Shown here piece after piece: positions 19,701 through 27,821 of a stretch of 64,000 nt of DNA (positions are counted from its first letter, which is position 1; the number at the start of each line of letters is the position of its first letter). Below the pieces are notes generated by a model. It ran no database searches. It was not told where the DNA came from and was given only the letters and a program-made list of their open reading frames with translations. A program made the position numbers and the translations under genes. Origin of the DNA: Bacteroidota bacterium (GTDB lineage Bacteria > Bacteroidota > Ignavibacteria > Kapaibacteriales > UBA2268). The DNA lies in NCBI GenBank assembly GCA_048267165.1, contig JBLWYD010000009.1:4577-68576 (forward strand), given 5' to 3'.

Positions 19701-21786
19701 CATTTGAAACATTATTTAATTTGTTATTGAAAGTGTTCCAATCAGTAGAACTTAGATATCCATTATTACTTGTGTTTGCTTGTGGTATGCTTACAGGAGA
19801 TCCGGTTGTACCGTCACCTGTCAAAGGTGCATTTACAACAGTAGTTGCAGTACTATTGAACTTCGTCCAATCTGCTGAAGTCAAATATCCATTTGAACTA
19901 GCGCTTGCTTGTGTCATTGTTATAGGTGAACCAATAGTTCCGTCTCCAGTAATAGGAGTAGAACTAGTAACATTCGTTAGTTTGCTATTAAAAGTGTTCC
20001 AATCAGCTGAAGTCAAATAACCATTTGAACTAGCACTCGCTTGTGCCATTGTTATAGGCGAACCAGTAGTTCCGTCTCCAGTAATAGGAGTAGAACTAGT
20101 AACATTCGTTAGTTTGCTATTAAAAGTGTTCCAATCAGCTGAACTAAGATAACCATCACTAGTTGCATTCGCCGAAGCAATGACTAAAGGATTCGCCGTA
20201 GTACCATCCCCAGATATAGGTGCACTTGCTACAGTAGTTCCAGCAGCATCGAATCTAATCCAATCAGCTGAACTAAGATATCCATCACTAGTTGCATTAG
20301 CCGAAGCAATGGCTAAAGGATTAGCCGTAGTACCATCACCTGTCATAGGGCTGTTTACATTTACATTATCTAATTTACCATCAAATTTCTGCCAATCACC
20401 CGAAGTCAGATAACCGTCTTGGGCTGAATTAGCAGAGTTCATACTTAATGGGTCAGAGCTAATACCTTTGCCTGTTAATGGCTGATTTGCTTGTACTTGC
20501 GATAATTTCGAATTGAATGTATTGAAGTCAGTTGATGTTAGATACCCATTAGAATTCACTGTAGCTCTAGTTATTTCCAGAGGATTTGCCGAAGTACCTT
20601 CCCCTGTTAATGGTGCTCCAGATACTACACTTGATAGCTTACTACCAAAGAATTTATATGCCTCTGTATCCAAATATCCTGATACAAGACTTGTCGCTTT
20701 AGGTATATTAATTACTACATCGCTATTACCTATTACAGTGCCTTCACCGTTTTGTATAGTTATTACCCCATCAGTAGTAATATCCGAAGTTAACATTGAC
20801 AAAGGGCTAGTTTTAGTTCCCTTCCCCGAAAGTGGTGTATTAACAGTCAGATCACCCGCTGGTGTAACTGTATTGAATTTATTGAAGTCTTCTTTTGATA
20901 AATATCCATCAGTAGTTGTTGATGCTTTACCGATAGAGATAGGGTTTGAGCTAGTTCCATTACCTTTTACCGGTGAACTAGTCTGTATGTCAACACTTCC
21001 TATCAAATCATTGTCTGCTATCCATTGGCTTCCATCCCATTTTAGTACCTGGCCACTAGTAGCACCTTTGCTAGCTAGAGTAGGGTTCGGATAATTCCCT
21101 TCCAAATCGCCTCCAGCTGTACCGCTTGGAGTGTACGAAGTAGGAGCGTTTTTTACTTTAGACCAATCAACGTCTTTTATTAGATTGTCAGTGATGGAAT
21201 TGTCTTTTATGTTAATATCGAAGTTCGTTCCATCCGATTGTATATCCAAATGTGCCCTACTAGACTCCAGATTTACTGAAATGTTTGATTCAGCACTTAT
21301 TAATATTTTACCATTGCTATTGCTTATAGTTATATTATTCCCAGCTTCCATATCTAGCTTTCCTTCCATTCCGTTCAATGATAGTACAGCACCTGTTGCG
21401 TTGTCTGTCAATGACTGCGAAGTATTTGAGTTGAAAGAGTATGGTGCAGCGACTAGTGGAATTCTCGGCGTCATCTCATTTTCGCCATCTAGTTGTATTC
21501 CAAGCCAATACTGAGTATTGAACTTCAAATTAATAGCTGTTACTTCACCCAATACAACGTCGAACACACCACTCGATGTGGAGATAGTCCTGATTTCACT
21601 CCATACGGGTAACCCACCATTAGGGTTACTGTACAAGTGAAAGCTAACGTTGTAGCTGCCATCAGGTACTGGCTTTAGTGTTTGGTTAGTGAGTAATCCC
21701 TGATATGAGATACTCTGAGGTATTTGCGAATATGAGGCTATGCTCATAGCAAATAATAAGACTGCGATAATTAAATTTTTTTTCAT
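16759..21786 (-). CDS. giant repetitive surface fibre/adhesin-like protein (1675 aa)
   Basis: Signal peptide MKKNLIIAVLLFAMSIASYSQ. About 25 copies (my count of GY[LI]...D[WFY]..F motifs) of a 44-aa unit, PLTGDGTSGNPLS....A.....GYLSS.DW.TFN.KL. Distinct N- and C-terminal domains. No recognisable T9SS CTD. Confidence 0.9.
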   Translation of the reverse strand: MKKNLIIAVLLFAMSIASYSQIPQSISYQGLLTNQTLKPVPDGSYNVSFHLYSNPNGGLPVWSEIRTISTSSGVFDVVLGEVTAINLKFNTQYWLGIQLDGENEMTPRIPLVAAPYSFNSNTSQSLTDNATGAVLSLNGMEGKLDMEAGNNITISNSNGKILISAESNISVNLESSRAHLDIQSDGTNFDINIKDNSITDNLIKDVDWSKVKNAPTSYTPSGTAGGDLEGNYPNPTLASKGATSGQVLKWDGSQWIADNDLIGSVDIQTSSPVKGNGTSSNPISIGKASTTTDGYLSKEDFNKFNTVTPAGDLTVNTPLSGKGTKTSPLSMLTSDITTDGVITIQNGEGTVIGNSDVVINIPKATSLVSGYLDTEAYKFFGSKLSSVVSGAPLTGEGTSANPLEITRATVNSNGYLTSTDFNTFNSKLSQVQANQPLTGKGISSDPLSMNSANSAQDGYLTSGDWQKFDGKLDNVNVNSPMTGDGTTANPLAIASANATSDGYLSSADWIRFDAAGTTVASAPISGDGTTANPLVIASANATSDGYLSSADWNTFNSKLTNVTSSTPITGDGTTGSPITMAQASASSNGYLTSADWNTFNSKLTNVTSSTPITGDGTIGSPITMTQASASSNGYLTSADWTKFNSTATTVVNAPLTGDGTTGSPVSIPQANTSNNGYLSSTDWNTFNNKLNNVSNDASLSGNGTSGSPLSVLSANVVSSGVIVVSNGTNKVLGTTDMSLSIPQANATTNGYLNSTDWTKFNNSSTTAVNAPLTGDGTTGSPVSIAQANTSNNGYLSSTDWNSFNSKLTNVANDASISGDGTSGNPLSVTAANVVSSGVIVVSNGTNKVLGSSDMSISISQASASTNGYLSSTDWSKFNNSSTTAVNAPLTGDGTTGTPISLAQANTSTNGYLSSTDWNTFNGKISNVTSSAPISGNGTSGNPLTMSQASASTNGYLGSSDWTTFNNKLSSITSSTPISGNGTSGNPITMSQASASTDGYLASSDWTAFNNKLTNVSATSPIFGNGTSGNPLFMQSANASRDGYITANDWSRFNNTATTWVQSPLLGTGSSSDRVRLPKADVSTNGYLASSDWNTFNTKLNFVSANSPFSGDGTSGNPLKLDQATSSTTGYLIAADWITFNNKLTNVTSSAPLSGNGTSSQPLTLSKANSFTNGYLSSADWSTFNNKLTSVTRTAPLTGDGTSGTPLGITKASSTTDGYLSAADWTTFNNNSSSVATTAPITGDGSISDPVKMARSTASVSGYLHNSDFNTFNNKLSTVVSDASLNGNGTSGNPLSVRTSSMTGDGIITISNGNNSVVSGANVGIAITQASTSSSGYLSQANWNTFNNKLSTVSRTAPLTGDGTSGTPLGITKANSTTDGYLSSADWNTFYNATVGAIATSDPVFGDGSTTNPIDVRQASGSQDGYISSVDYLSFKKKLDSVYVDPPLKGNGSATNPIDISTGSISANGPIILSNNTDRLVGAANMTITMPKATSTTDGYLSKEDWATFNSGSAVTVSAPITGAGTSTNPFTVQAATDSQSGVVTTSAQTFAGNKTFDGNVGIGKTATSNTKLYIASTSDSDNGIKIGSSSDYGVLVFGSTESSTSTSPSKGKSVLVYSSDPGGTIGLPSSENGTMVTVINSSGGTITVGSATNWVLASNTAASFIRYGSKWYHMD
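17470..20920 (-). repeat. in-frame tandem coding repeats (132-bp units and a 351-bp super-repeat) inside the giant gene
   Basis: 19891-20022 and 20023-20154 are near-identical and contain a 77-bp perfect match (19935-20011 = 20067-20143). 19214-19564 and 19565-19915 form a 351-bp higher-order repeat. Confidence 0.9.
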
Positions 21787-21836
21787 TTTTCACTCCACCG
21801 ATGAGAGAATAATTAACTTATTACTAAATAATTAAA

Positions 21837-21844
21837 CAAATCTA
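21837..21844 (-). promoter_or_regulatory. candidate -7 box (TAGATTTG on the minus strand) upstream of the giant gene
   Basis: Plus-strand caaatcta. TAnnTTTG match about 50 nt upstream of the ATG at 21786. Confidence 0.35.
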
Positions 21845-21872
21845 ATTAATTAATTCATAAATGAAAAAATAT

Positions 21873-22709
21873 TTATTTGATTTTCTTTTTATACTCTATC
21901 GGGTTTTCTTTGAACCTCCTCTTAAATCGGTTTGAAAATGCAGACCTATCTGTAAAATTTAATTTTCTTGAGACTTCTATTGTATTGTAAGATCGTAATA
22001 ATTTCTTTGATTCTAAAAGTTTAAGTTCTAGAATATAGTTGTAAGGAGACATACCAAACATTTTTTTATACATTCTCAGAAAATGAAATTTCGATGTATA
22101 AGACAACTCTGCTAACTGATTTATATCGAGGTTTTCATAATAATTACTATCAATGAACTCCTTAACCTTTATCAATCTATATGCCAAATCGATGCTAAGT
22201 TGATTATTTTTCATATCTAAGCAATTTAATGAATGCCTCGTTACATTTATATCATTCGTTAATAAATCTAAAAATGAACTAAAGTTTATATTTGTTTTAG
22301 TCAGTCTATTTCTAACCAAATTGTTCTGAATAGAGATAATATTATTCATTAACTCAATATTATCAAAGATACTATGTTTTTTATTTTCGAATACAATGTC
22401 AGAGATATTGTTGTCATTGCTATTTTCAAAAAATAAACAAATACCCTCTGTATTCTTTTTATCTGCTATTATTTCGAAATTTTGATCCGGATTAACTAAA
22501 ATAAACTCACCAGGGCTGAGTCGCTTTTCATATCCGTTGATACGGTATATTTCTAGCCCAGAAAGACAAAATTTTAATGAATGAAGCTTTGCTCTATCAT
22601 GTACTGCTGTATTTGATATATTCGAATACACTATATGACTATTACTAATTTGCTTATTAGTATAGTACATATCGTCTGTTATGTATTTTATTTCAATTGT
22701 TTCTTTCAT
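21873..22709 (-). CDS. AraC family transcriptional regulator
   Basis: C-terminal double HTH (LAELSYTSKFHFLRMYKKMFGMSPYNY...FTDRSAFSNRFKRRF). N-terminal cupin-like sensing region. Confidence 0.88.
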   Translation of the reverse strand: MKETIEIKYITDDMYYTNKQISNSHIVYSNISNTAVHDRAKLHSLKFCLSGLEIYRINGYEKRLSPGEFILVNPDQNFEIIADKKNTEGICLFFENSNDNNISDIVFENKKHSIFDNIELMNNIISIQNNLVRNRLTKTNINFSSFLDLLTNDINVTRHSLNCLDMKNNQLSIDLAYRLIKVKEFIDSNYYENLDINQLAELSYTSKFHFLRMYKKMFGMSPYNYILELKLLESKKLLRSYNTIEVSRKLNFTDRSAFSNRFKRRFKENPIEYKKKIK

Positions 22710-24042
22710 AAACTTTAGTCAACCAATTGTGAACATATAATGCGATTTCTTCATTGTAATTGTCAGCTGCATAGTTAAACATTTGACCAGATTCGGATAA
22801 TTGAGCTACATGTTTTTGACTTTCAACTTTCATAAATATATGCTCAGTATTAGGGACTTCAATGAAATCAGCTATATCTTTACCATTGTAATAGTCAACT
22901 ATTTCTTCTATTTTGCTTGCACTTTCGTTGTCCAATGCCTGTAAGTCGTACTGACCGTGTAATGATAGTACTGGATTTCGTATTTCGCTCCAATATTTAA
23001 CTATATTAGTTGCATTCAAATCCACAAAAAAATCGCTATTTCTTCCAAAAAATTTATTGTTACCCATATAGTTAAGATGAATTTGAAATAACCTTCTCGT
23101 GGAATCAGAATCTATCAAATCTTCAGCATTTTTACCTTTATAATAAATCTGATATAAATAATCACGGACTTGGTTTTTTACATCATTACCTTGGACGTAA
23201 TCTCCACCAGTCCATAATGGGTATTGAATATCGAAAGTTTTTAGCATATAATCATACCAACTATCTATCCTAATACCATAAACAATTGTTGCTGCTGGTT
23301 TCTTTTCTGCAGAAATGATTGGTGCATGCATACCACCTAGTGAATGACCAAATATAGCAATCTTATCTGTATCTACATATTCTGATTTTAACAGCTCATC
23401 ATATCCCATCGAAAAGACTTCATCTTCTGTAGTAAAAGTTATCTCATCACATTGCAAATCACCTCTCGAATCACCCATATTCGGTTTCTCAACTCTGTAA
23501 ACCATATAGCCAAGTGATACCAAATCATCTATAAATCTACGTATAGGGTTACTTTGCTCAGTGTATTCGCAACTTTGACATGGGTAGCCTTGTATATAAT
23601 AAATGACAGGGAATGGTCCTTCGCCTTTTGGCTTCTCAATTATAGTTCTGATATAATTCCCCTTATAATTGAAACTACTTAGTATATACTCATTTTTTAC
23701 AACGAATGGTGTAGGTAGAAGTTCACCTTTGACTTTAATATTTTTGCCTTTGCGGAGAATACCTAATTCAGTTTCATTCGACTTCTTAGTTTCACTTAGT
23801 TGCTGCATTAACTGTTTGAAAGTATTTGTTACATTCCCATTTACTGAAATTATCCTATCCCCATCTACTACACCCATTCTATCAGCAGAACCATTAGACA
23901 ATACTTTTTGGACTATTGCCCCGCTCTCCTGAGTTGTATCTGGAGATAAATGTACGCCAAGGGTACCTCTCCGAGGTAATTCGTGGGCTTGAAGCGACAA
24001 AGATAATAGCATTGTAAACGACAAGTAAATTAAGTTTTTCAT
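22693..24042 (-). CDS. secreted PDZ domain-containing alpha/beta hydrolase (S9-like peptidase/esterase)
   Basis: Signal peptide. PDZ block GAIVQKVLSNGSADRMGVVDGDRIISVNG. Nucleophile elbow FGHSLGG. Confidence 0.8.
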   Translation of the reverse strand: MKNLIYLSFTMLLSLSLQAHELPRRGTLGVHLSPDTTQESGAIVQKVLSNGSADRMGVVDGDRIISVNGNVTNTFKQLMQQLSETKKSNETELGILRKGKNIKVKGELLPTPFVVKNEYILSSFNYKGNYIRTIIEKPKGEGPFPVIYYIQGYPCQSCEYTEQSNPIRRFIDDLVSLGYMVYRVEKPNMGDSRGDLQCDEITFTTEDEVFSMGYDELLKSEYVDTDKIAIFGHSLGGMHAPIISAEKKPAATIVYGIRIDSWYDYMLKTFDIQYPLWTGGDYVQGNDVKNQVRDYLYQIYYKGKNAEDLIDSDSTRRLFQIHLNYMGNNKFFGRNSDFFVDLNATNIVKYWSEIRNPVLSLHGQYDLQALDNESASKIEEIVDYYNGKDIADFIEVPNTEHIFMKVESQKHVAQLSESGQMFNYAADNYNEEIALYVHNWLTKVYERNN

Positions 24043-24062
24043 AATTATTCCTTTATATTTTG

Positions 24063-24070
24063 TATATTTG
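24063..24070 (+). promoter_or_regulatory. candidate -7 box TATATTTG
   Basis: TAnnTTTG match upstream of the CDGSH gene, 61 nt from the ATG at 24132. Confidence 0.35.
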
Positions 24071-24131
24071 ATTATTACTTATAACTAATGTGATTAGTTA
24101 CGTTTGTACCATTAATAGCAATAATAAACAC

Positions 24132-24548
24132 ATGGCGACTAAAGACTATATAAAAGAAGACTTAACTGTGCATTGGGATGCTTCTGTTTGCATACATTCG
24201 GAGAAATGCTATCACGGTCTGACTTCTGTATTTGACCCCAAAGCAAGACCTTGGATTAATGTAGATGGTGCCACCAAAGAAGTGATTATGAAACAAATAG
24301 ACCAATGCCCATCGGGTGCATTGAGTTATACTTATGATAAACAAAATAAAGGAGAGAAGATGTCAGAACCAACTAAAGTAGAACCATTGCTTAATGGACC
24401 ACTAATGGTGTACGGAGATTTAACATTAAAAACTGTTGATGGAGAAGAAAAACTGGATAGAAAAGCAGTAGCTTTCTGCCGTTGCGGTCACTCAGCTAAT
24501 AAGCCATATTGCGATGGGCAACACAAAGCTCACGATTTTAAGGGGTAA
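24132..24548 (+). CDS. iron-sulfur protein: divergent 4Fe-4S mono-cluster-like N-domain fused to a CDGSH domain
   Basis: N-half VHWDASVCIHSEKCYHGL...QCPSGALSY. C-half CRCGHSANKPYCDGQH matches the CDGSH signature C-x-C-x2-S-x3-P-x-C-D-G-x-H. The ATG at 24132 is preferred to the GTG at 24090. Confidence 0.8.
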   Translation: MATKDYIKEDLTVHWDASVCIHSEKCYHGLTSVFDPKARPWINVDGATKEVIMKQIDQCPSGALSYTYDKQNKGEKMSEPTKVEPLLNGPLMVYGDLTLKTVDGEEKLDRKAVAFCRCGHSANKPYCDGQHKAHDFKG

Positions 24549-24572
24549 GAAACCTAATTAGATAAAAAAATC

Positions 24573-24602
24573 AAGCGAAGCTAACGAAGTTTCGCTTTTT
24601 TT
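24573..24602 (+). terminator. rho-independent terminator
   Basis: 10-bp stem (24573-24582 / 24588-24597, one G-T pair) followed by tttttt. Confidence 0.7.
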
Positions 24603-24615
24603 ATGCCCAATTCGT

Positions 24616-24623
24616 TAAATTTG
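24616..24623 (+). promoter_or_regulatory. candidate -7 box TAAATTTG for alaS
   Basis: TAnnTTTG match about 29 nt upstream of the alaS ATG. Confidence 0.45.
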
Positions 24624-24652
24624 GAATTACTATAACTTAACATTCTGTAAAT

Positions 24653-27196
24653 ATGCTTACTTCAAAAGAAATTAGAAACCAATTCATAGAGTTTTTCAAA
24701 TCGAAAGGACATAGAGCTGTTCCTTCTGCTCCCGTAGTACCACACGGTGACCCTACATTGCTATTCACTAATGCAGGTATGAACCAATTCAAAGATGTAT
24801 TTTTGGGGCAAGGAACGAGAGATTATACTCGTGCCGTAGATACTCAGAAATGTATTAGAGTTAGTGGTAAGCACAATGATTTAGAAGAAGTTGGGGTTGA
24901 CACATATCACCATACATTCTTCGAGATGCTTGGTAACTGGAGTTTTGGTGATTATTACAAAGAAGAAGCTATAGAATGGGCTTGGGAGTTAATGACAGAA
25001 GTTTGGGGATTGCCAAAAGACAGACTCTTCGCTTCTGTGTTCCGTGATGACGACGAAGCATTCCAAATTTGGACAAAGTACCTGCCTGAAGATAGAATAC
25101 TAAAGTGCGACGAGAAAGATAATTTCTGGGAGATGGGCGATACAGGTCCTTGTGGTCCTTGCTCGGAATTGCACTATGACGGTACTCCTGATAAATCGGG
25201 ACGTGATCTAGTAAATCAAGATGACCCAAGGGTAATAGAAATATGGAATTTGGTATTCATACAGTATAATAGAAATGAAAATGGCGAGCTAGAAGACCTA
25301 AAGAATACTCACGTTGATACTGGTATGGGTCTTGAGCGTATAGTGCGAGTATTGCAAGGCAAAGACTCGAACTATGATACAGATATATTTATGCCTTTAA
25401 TTGACAAAATCTCGGCACTTTCTAATATCAAATACGAACACAGCGAAGCCGGAAAAACTGATATAGCAATGCGAGTAATCGCTGATCATATCCGTACTCT
25501 TGCGTTCTCGATTGCTGACGGTGCAATTCCGGGTAACGAGGGCAGAGGCTATGTACTAAGAAGAATACTGCGTAGAGCAGCGCGTTTTTCACGTGAATTG
25601 GGTTTCAGAAAGCCTGTATTATTTGAGTTAGTGCCTGTTCTAGTTGAGAATATGGGAGACTTTTTCCCAGAGATAAAAGAAAATCAAGACTTAATAACTA
25701 AGATAGTAAAAGCCGAAGAAGAGAGTTTCTTGCAAACACTTGACCAAGGGCTAATAAAGTTCGAAGAATTGGCTGCTAATAGCGGCAAAGTAATTAGTGG
25801 TGACGATGCGTTTTTGCTTTACGATTCATTTGGTTTCCCGTTAGATTTGACTGAGCTAATAGCTCGTGATAAAGGAATGACCGTTGATACAGATGGCTTT
25901 GAGAAGAATATGCAAGAGCAAAAAAGTCGTTCTCGTAGTAGTAGAAAAAATGTAAGTCAACAAGCTGAGAGTGATAGCTATGACTTCGTTTCAGAGTTCG
26001 TAGGTTATACGGCTATGGAATCTGAAAGCACAGTACTCCACGTAGATGGCAATATCATAATACTTGACAAAACTCCCTTCTATGTAGAAAGCGGTGGGCA
26101 GATATCTGATACTGGTACTATAAGCGTAGAAGGCAAAGATTACTATGTAACTGGTGTAAAAAAATCTGGTACGGCTATACTTCACTTTGTAAAAGGAGAA
26201 ATATCAGCTGATATAACTGGTAAGAGAGCTACTGCGACTATTGATAAACAAAGAAGACAGAGCATAATGCGTAATCACAGTGCTACTCACTTGTTGCACG
26301 AAGCTCTGAAAAGAGTGTTGGGGACTCATATCCAACAGCAAGGTTCACTTGTTTCTCCTGACTATCTTCGATTTGATTATAATCACTTCGAGAAGATGAC
26401 GCCTGAGCAAATGACCGAGATAGAAGAAATGGTTAACTCTAAAATACTTGAAGCTCATACAATTGAAACGAAAGTTATGTCACTAGAAGAAGCACAGAAC
26501 AAAGATGGGCTTAAAATGTACTTCGGTGATAAGTATGGCGAAACTGTCCGTGCTGTAATTATGGATGATAACTATTCGCAAGAGTTATGCGGTGGTACTC
26601 ACGTAGTAAATACTTCAGAAATTGGATTTCTAAAAATTACTTCTGAATCATCTATTGCATCTGGAATAAGAAGAATAGAAGCAATAACTGGTGCGGCTAT
26701 CCCTCAGCACATAAGAAAACTAGAGCACGATATAGCAAACGAAAAAGAAAAAGAAGCCAATCTACAAGACCAAATTAAACGATTGGAAAAGGAAATTTCT
26801 GACCTGAAAACAAAAGAACTTTCAAGTGGCTTGTCAGACCTTTCGTCTGAGTCGAAAGATGTTAATGGAATTAGCGTGATAGCTAAGAGAATAGAAGCTG
26901 AAAATATGGATCAGCTACGTGATTTGGGTGATGAGCTAAGAAAAGGATTCAAAGCTAATGGAATCGGGTTACTCGGTACAGTAGTTGATGATAAGGTACA
27001 GCTAGTTTGCGTAGTATCAGATGATATCACGGGAAGTTACCCAGCTGGAAAAATAGTAGGAGAAGCCGCTAAGTTCCTCGGTGGAGGTGGTGGTGGTAAA
27101 CCACACATGGCTACTGCTGGTGGTAAAGACGTTTCCAAGTTAGACGAACTATTAGAGACTGAATTCGTAAAGATAGTTGAAAGTTTTAATAAATAA
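24653..27196 (+). CDS. alaS: alanine--tRNA ligase
   Basis: 847 aa. FTNAGMNQFK, HHTFFEMLGNWSFGDYYK, editing-domain HSATHLLH, C-terminal DHHA1-like GGGGGGKPHMA. Confidence 0.97.
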   Translation: MLTSKEIRNQFIEFFKSKGHRAVPSAPVVPHGDPTLLFTNAGMNQFKDVFLGQGTRDYTRAVDTQKCIRVSGKHNDLEEVGVDTYHHTFFEMLGNWSFGDYYKEEAIEWAWELMTEVWGLPKDRLFASVFRDDDEAFQIWTKYLPEDRILKCDEKDNFWEMGDTGPCGPCSELHYDGTPDKSGRDLVNQDDPRVIEIWNLVFIQYNRNENGELEDLKNTHVDTGMGLERIVRVLQGKDSNYDTDIFMPLIDKISALSNIKYEHSEAGKTDIAMRVIADHIRTLAFSIADGAIPGNEGRGYVLRRILRRAARFSRELGFRKPVLFELVPVLVENMGDFFPEIKENQDLITKIVKAEEESFLQTLDQGLIKFEELAANSGKVISGDDAFLLYDSFGFPLDLTELIARDKGMTVDTDGFEKNMQEQKSRSRSSRKNVSQQAESDSYDFVSEFVGYTAMESESTVLHVDGNIIILDKTPFYVESGGQISDTGTISVEGKDYYVTGVKKSGTAILHFVKGEISADITGKRATATIDKQRRQSIMRNHSATHLLHEALKRVLGTHIQQQGSLVSPDYLRFDYNHFEKMTPEQMTEIEEMVNSKILEAHTIETKVMSLEEAQNKDGLKMYFGDKYGETVRAVIMDDNYSQELCGGTHVVNTSEIGFLKITSESSIASGIRRIEAITGAAIPQHIRKLEHDIANEKEKEANLQDQIKRLEKEISDLKTKELSSGLSDLSSESKDVNGISVIAKRIEAENMDQLRDLGDELRKGFKANGIGLLGTVVDDKVQLVCVVSDDITGSYPAGKIVGEAAKFLGGGGGGKPHMATAGGKDVSKLDELLETEFVKIVESFNK

Positions 27197-27217
27197 AGAT
27201 TAAATATAGAGTAAGAA

Positions 27218-27742
27218 ATGAAAAAGATGATTTTAATTGTGTTGATTTTTACGACAATGGCACTATTTGCAAAAGATACTAGCCCTTATTATTCAGTTCC
27301 ATCGCATAAAGTATTCGAAAAATTTATTGGTGATTGGGATGTAATATACGCTAATAGAACTGATAAAGGCGTTCCTTCAGGTGGTAGAGGTGAAGCGAAG
27401 GTAGAACTTGACCTAGGTAAAACGGTATTAAAGATAAATAGTAAATTAGGTTTTGATTTAGGTGAAGTGAATTTATATTCAATAATCGGATATGATAAGA
27501 ATTTCTCCAAATACTATTTTATAAGCTATGATAATTCAGGTGAAACCCCAGCTTTGTTTTGGGGTGATTATATAGCTGAGAGCAATTTATTCGAATTTAG
27601 GACTTATGACAAGTTCCCAAATGAAGGGGATGTACGACTGGAAGTAAAACTAGAAAGAAAGGATAAATTCACGGTTAAGTCTTACATTAGGACTAATGGT
27701 GTTGACAAAGTATCAACAGATATGGCTTACATCAAAAAATAA
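27218..27742 (+). CDS. secreted hypothetical protein
   Basis: 174 aa with a signal peptide, starting 22 nt after alaS. I did not recognise a motif. Confidence 0.65.
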   Translation: MKKMILIVLIFTTMALFAKDTSPYYSVPSHKVFEKFIGDWDVIYANRTDKGVPSGGRGEAKVELDLGKTVLKINSKLGFDLGEVNLYSIIGYDKNFSKYYFISYDNSGETPALFWGDYIAESNLFEFRTYDKFPNEGDVRLEVKLERKDKFTVKSYIRTNGVDKVSTDMAYIKK

Positions 27743-27761
27743 AAAAAAGCGATATAAAATG

Positions 27762-27787
27762 AAAAGGGCCGATATAAATATCAGCCC
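27762..27787 (-). terminator. hairpin terminator between convergent genes (T-run on the minus strand)
   Basis: gggccgata / tatcagccc stem with one mismatch. On the minus strand it is followed by ttttcatttt. Confidence 0.5.
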
Positions 27788-27821
27788 TAAAATCGTTATC
27801 ATTTTCTAGAACAACCGTAGA

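Noticed and set aside
17470-20920. Regular tandem repeats that could be mistaken for a CRISPR array or satellite
   Set aside because: The repeats are in frame inside one long ORF. The units are 132 and 351 bp, with no unique spacers, and no cas genes are present.
17042-21514. Series of plus-strand ORFs (64-193 aa) antisense to the giant gene, several with near-identical translations
   Set aside because: They are shadow frames of the 44-aa coding repeat. Their similarity to each other reflects the repeat on the opposite strand, and the 1675-aa minus-strand frame is uninterrupted with a signal peptide.
13865-21786. Prophage or tailocin remnant, suggested by the tail-fibre-like repeat protein
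   Set aside because: The window has no capsid, baseplate, sheath, terminase, integrase or lysis genes. The neighbours are envelope proteins with signal peptides, a T9SS CTD and OmpA domains.
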